Part shown: positions 63,941 through 64,000 of the stretch, in pieces
How the letters are laid out: each line of letters begins with the position of its first letter
Position numbering within the stretch: position 1 is the stretch's first letter
Assembly (NCBI RefSeq): GCF_964355755.1
Contig: NC_092672.1
Coordinates: 8,370,001 to 8,434,000, forward strand
Direction of reading: 5' to 3'
Length of the DNA: 64,000 bases
Source: Antedon mediterranea
Taxonomy: Eukaryota > Animalia > Echinodermata
Notes under the pieces: model-generated
What the model saw: only the letters and a program-made list of their open reading frames with translations
Database searches by the model: none
Told to the model about the DNA's origin: nothing
Program-made: the position numbers and the translations under genes

Positions 63941-64000
63941 ACAGTACGTAAGCAGACAAGTAAACCAGAAGAAGAGCAGTCACTGACATCAGAGGCCTGA
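63941..64000 (+). CDS. CUEDC1: CUEDC1 candidate last coding exon B
   Basis: ttcaacag|ACA; phase 0; TVRKQTSKPEEEQSLTSEA*, with TGA at the final base of the window. Confidence 0.55.
   Translation, partial: TVRKQTSKPEEEQSLTSEA

Overview
AT-rich, intron-rich eukaryotic (invertebrate metazoan) genomic DNA; a deuterostome or echinoderm-like origin is my inference only. I reconstructed three spliced genes by hand from splice sites and reading frames. (1) TRAF4, + strand: last four coding exons, 9452-15701; the RING-encoding exons were not found and probably lie upstream of the window. (2) MRPS23, - strand: complete, five coding exons, 21975-19905, 159 aa; the ORF track misses it entirely. (3) CUEDC1, + strand, head-to-head with MRPS23: CDS from 24610, a U12-type minor intron at 60962-61514, and two candidate last exons ending at 62520 or 64000. 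Introns are full of non-autonomous DNA transposons (Harbinger-, hAT- and piggyBac-like, some nested), tRNA-derived SINEs, LINE 3' fragments, Helentron-like short elements, and mini- and microsatellites. Most of the supplied ORFs are spurious. The most unusual signals are: a circularly permuted, roughly 356-bp tRNA-containing element with a pseudo-LTR structure; a Penelope-type minimal hammerhead ribozyme plus a variant; apparent Tc1/mariner excision footprints (TACAGTA/TACTGTA), several visible as 5-bp insertions in known repeats; and a promoter-like island inside an MRPS23 intron. I cannot demonstrate a wholly new protein-coding system. Repeat boundaries are approximate unless TIR/TSD coordinates are given.
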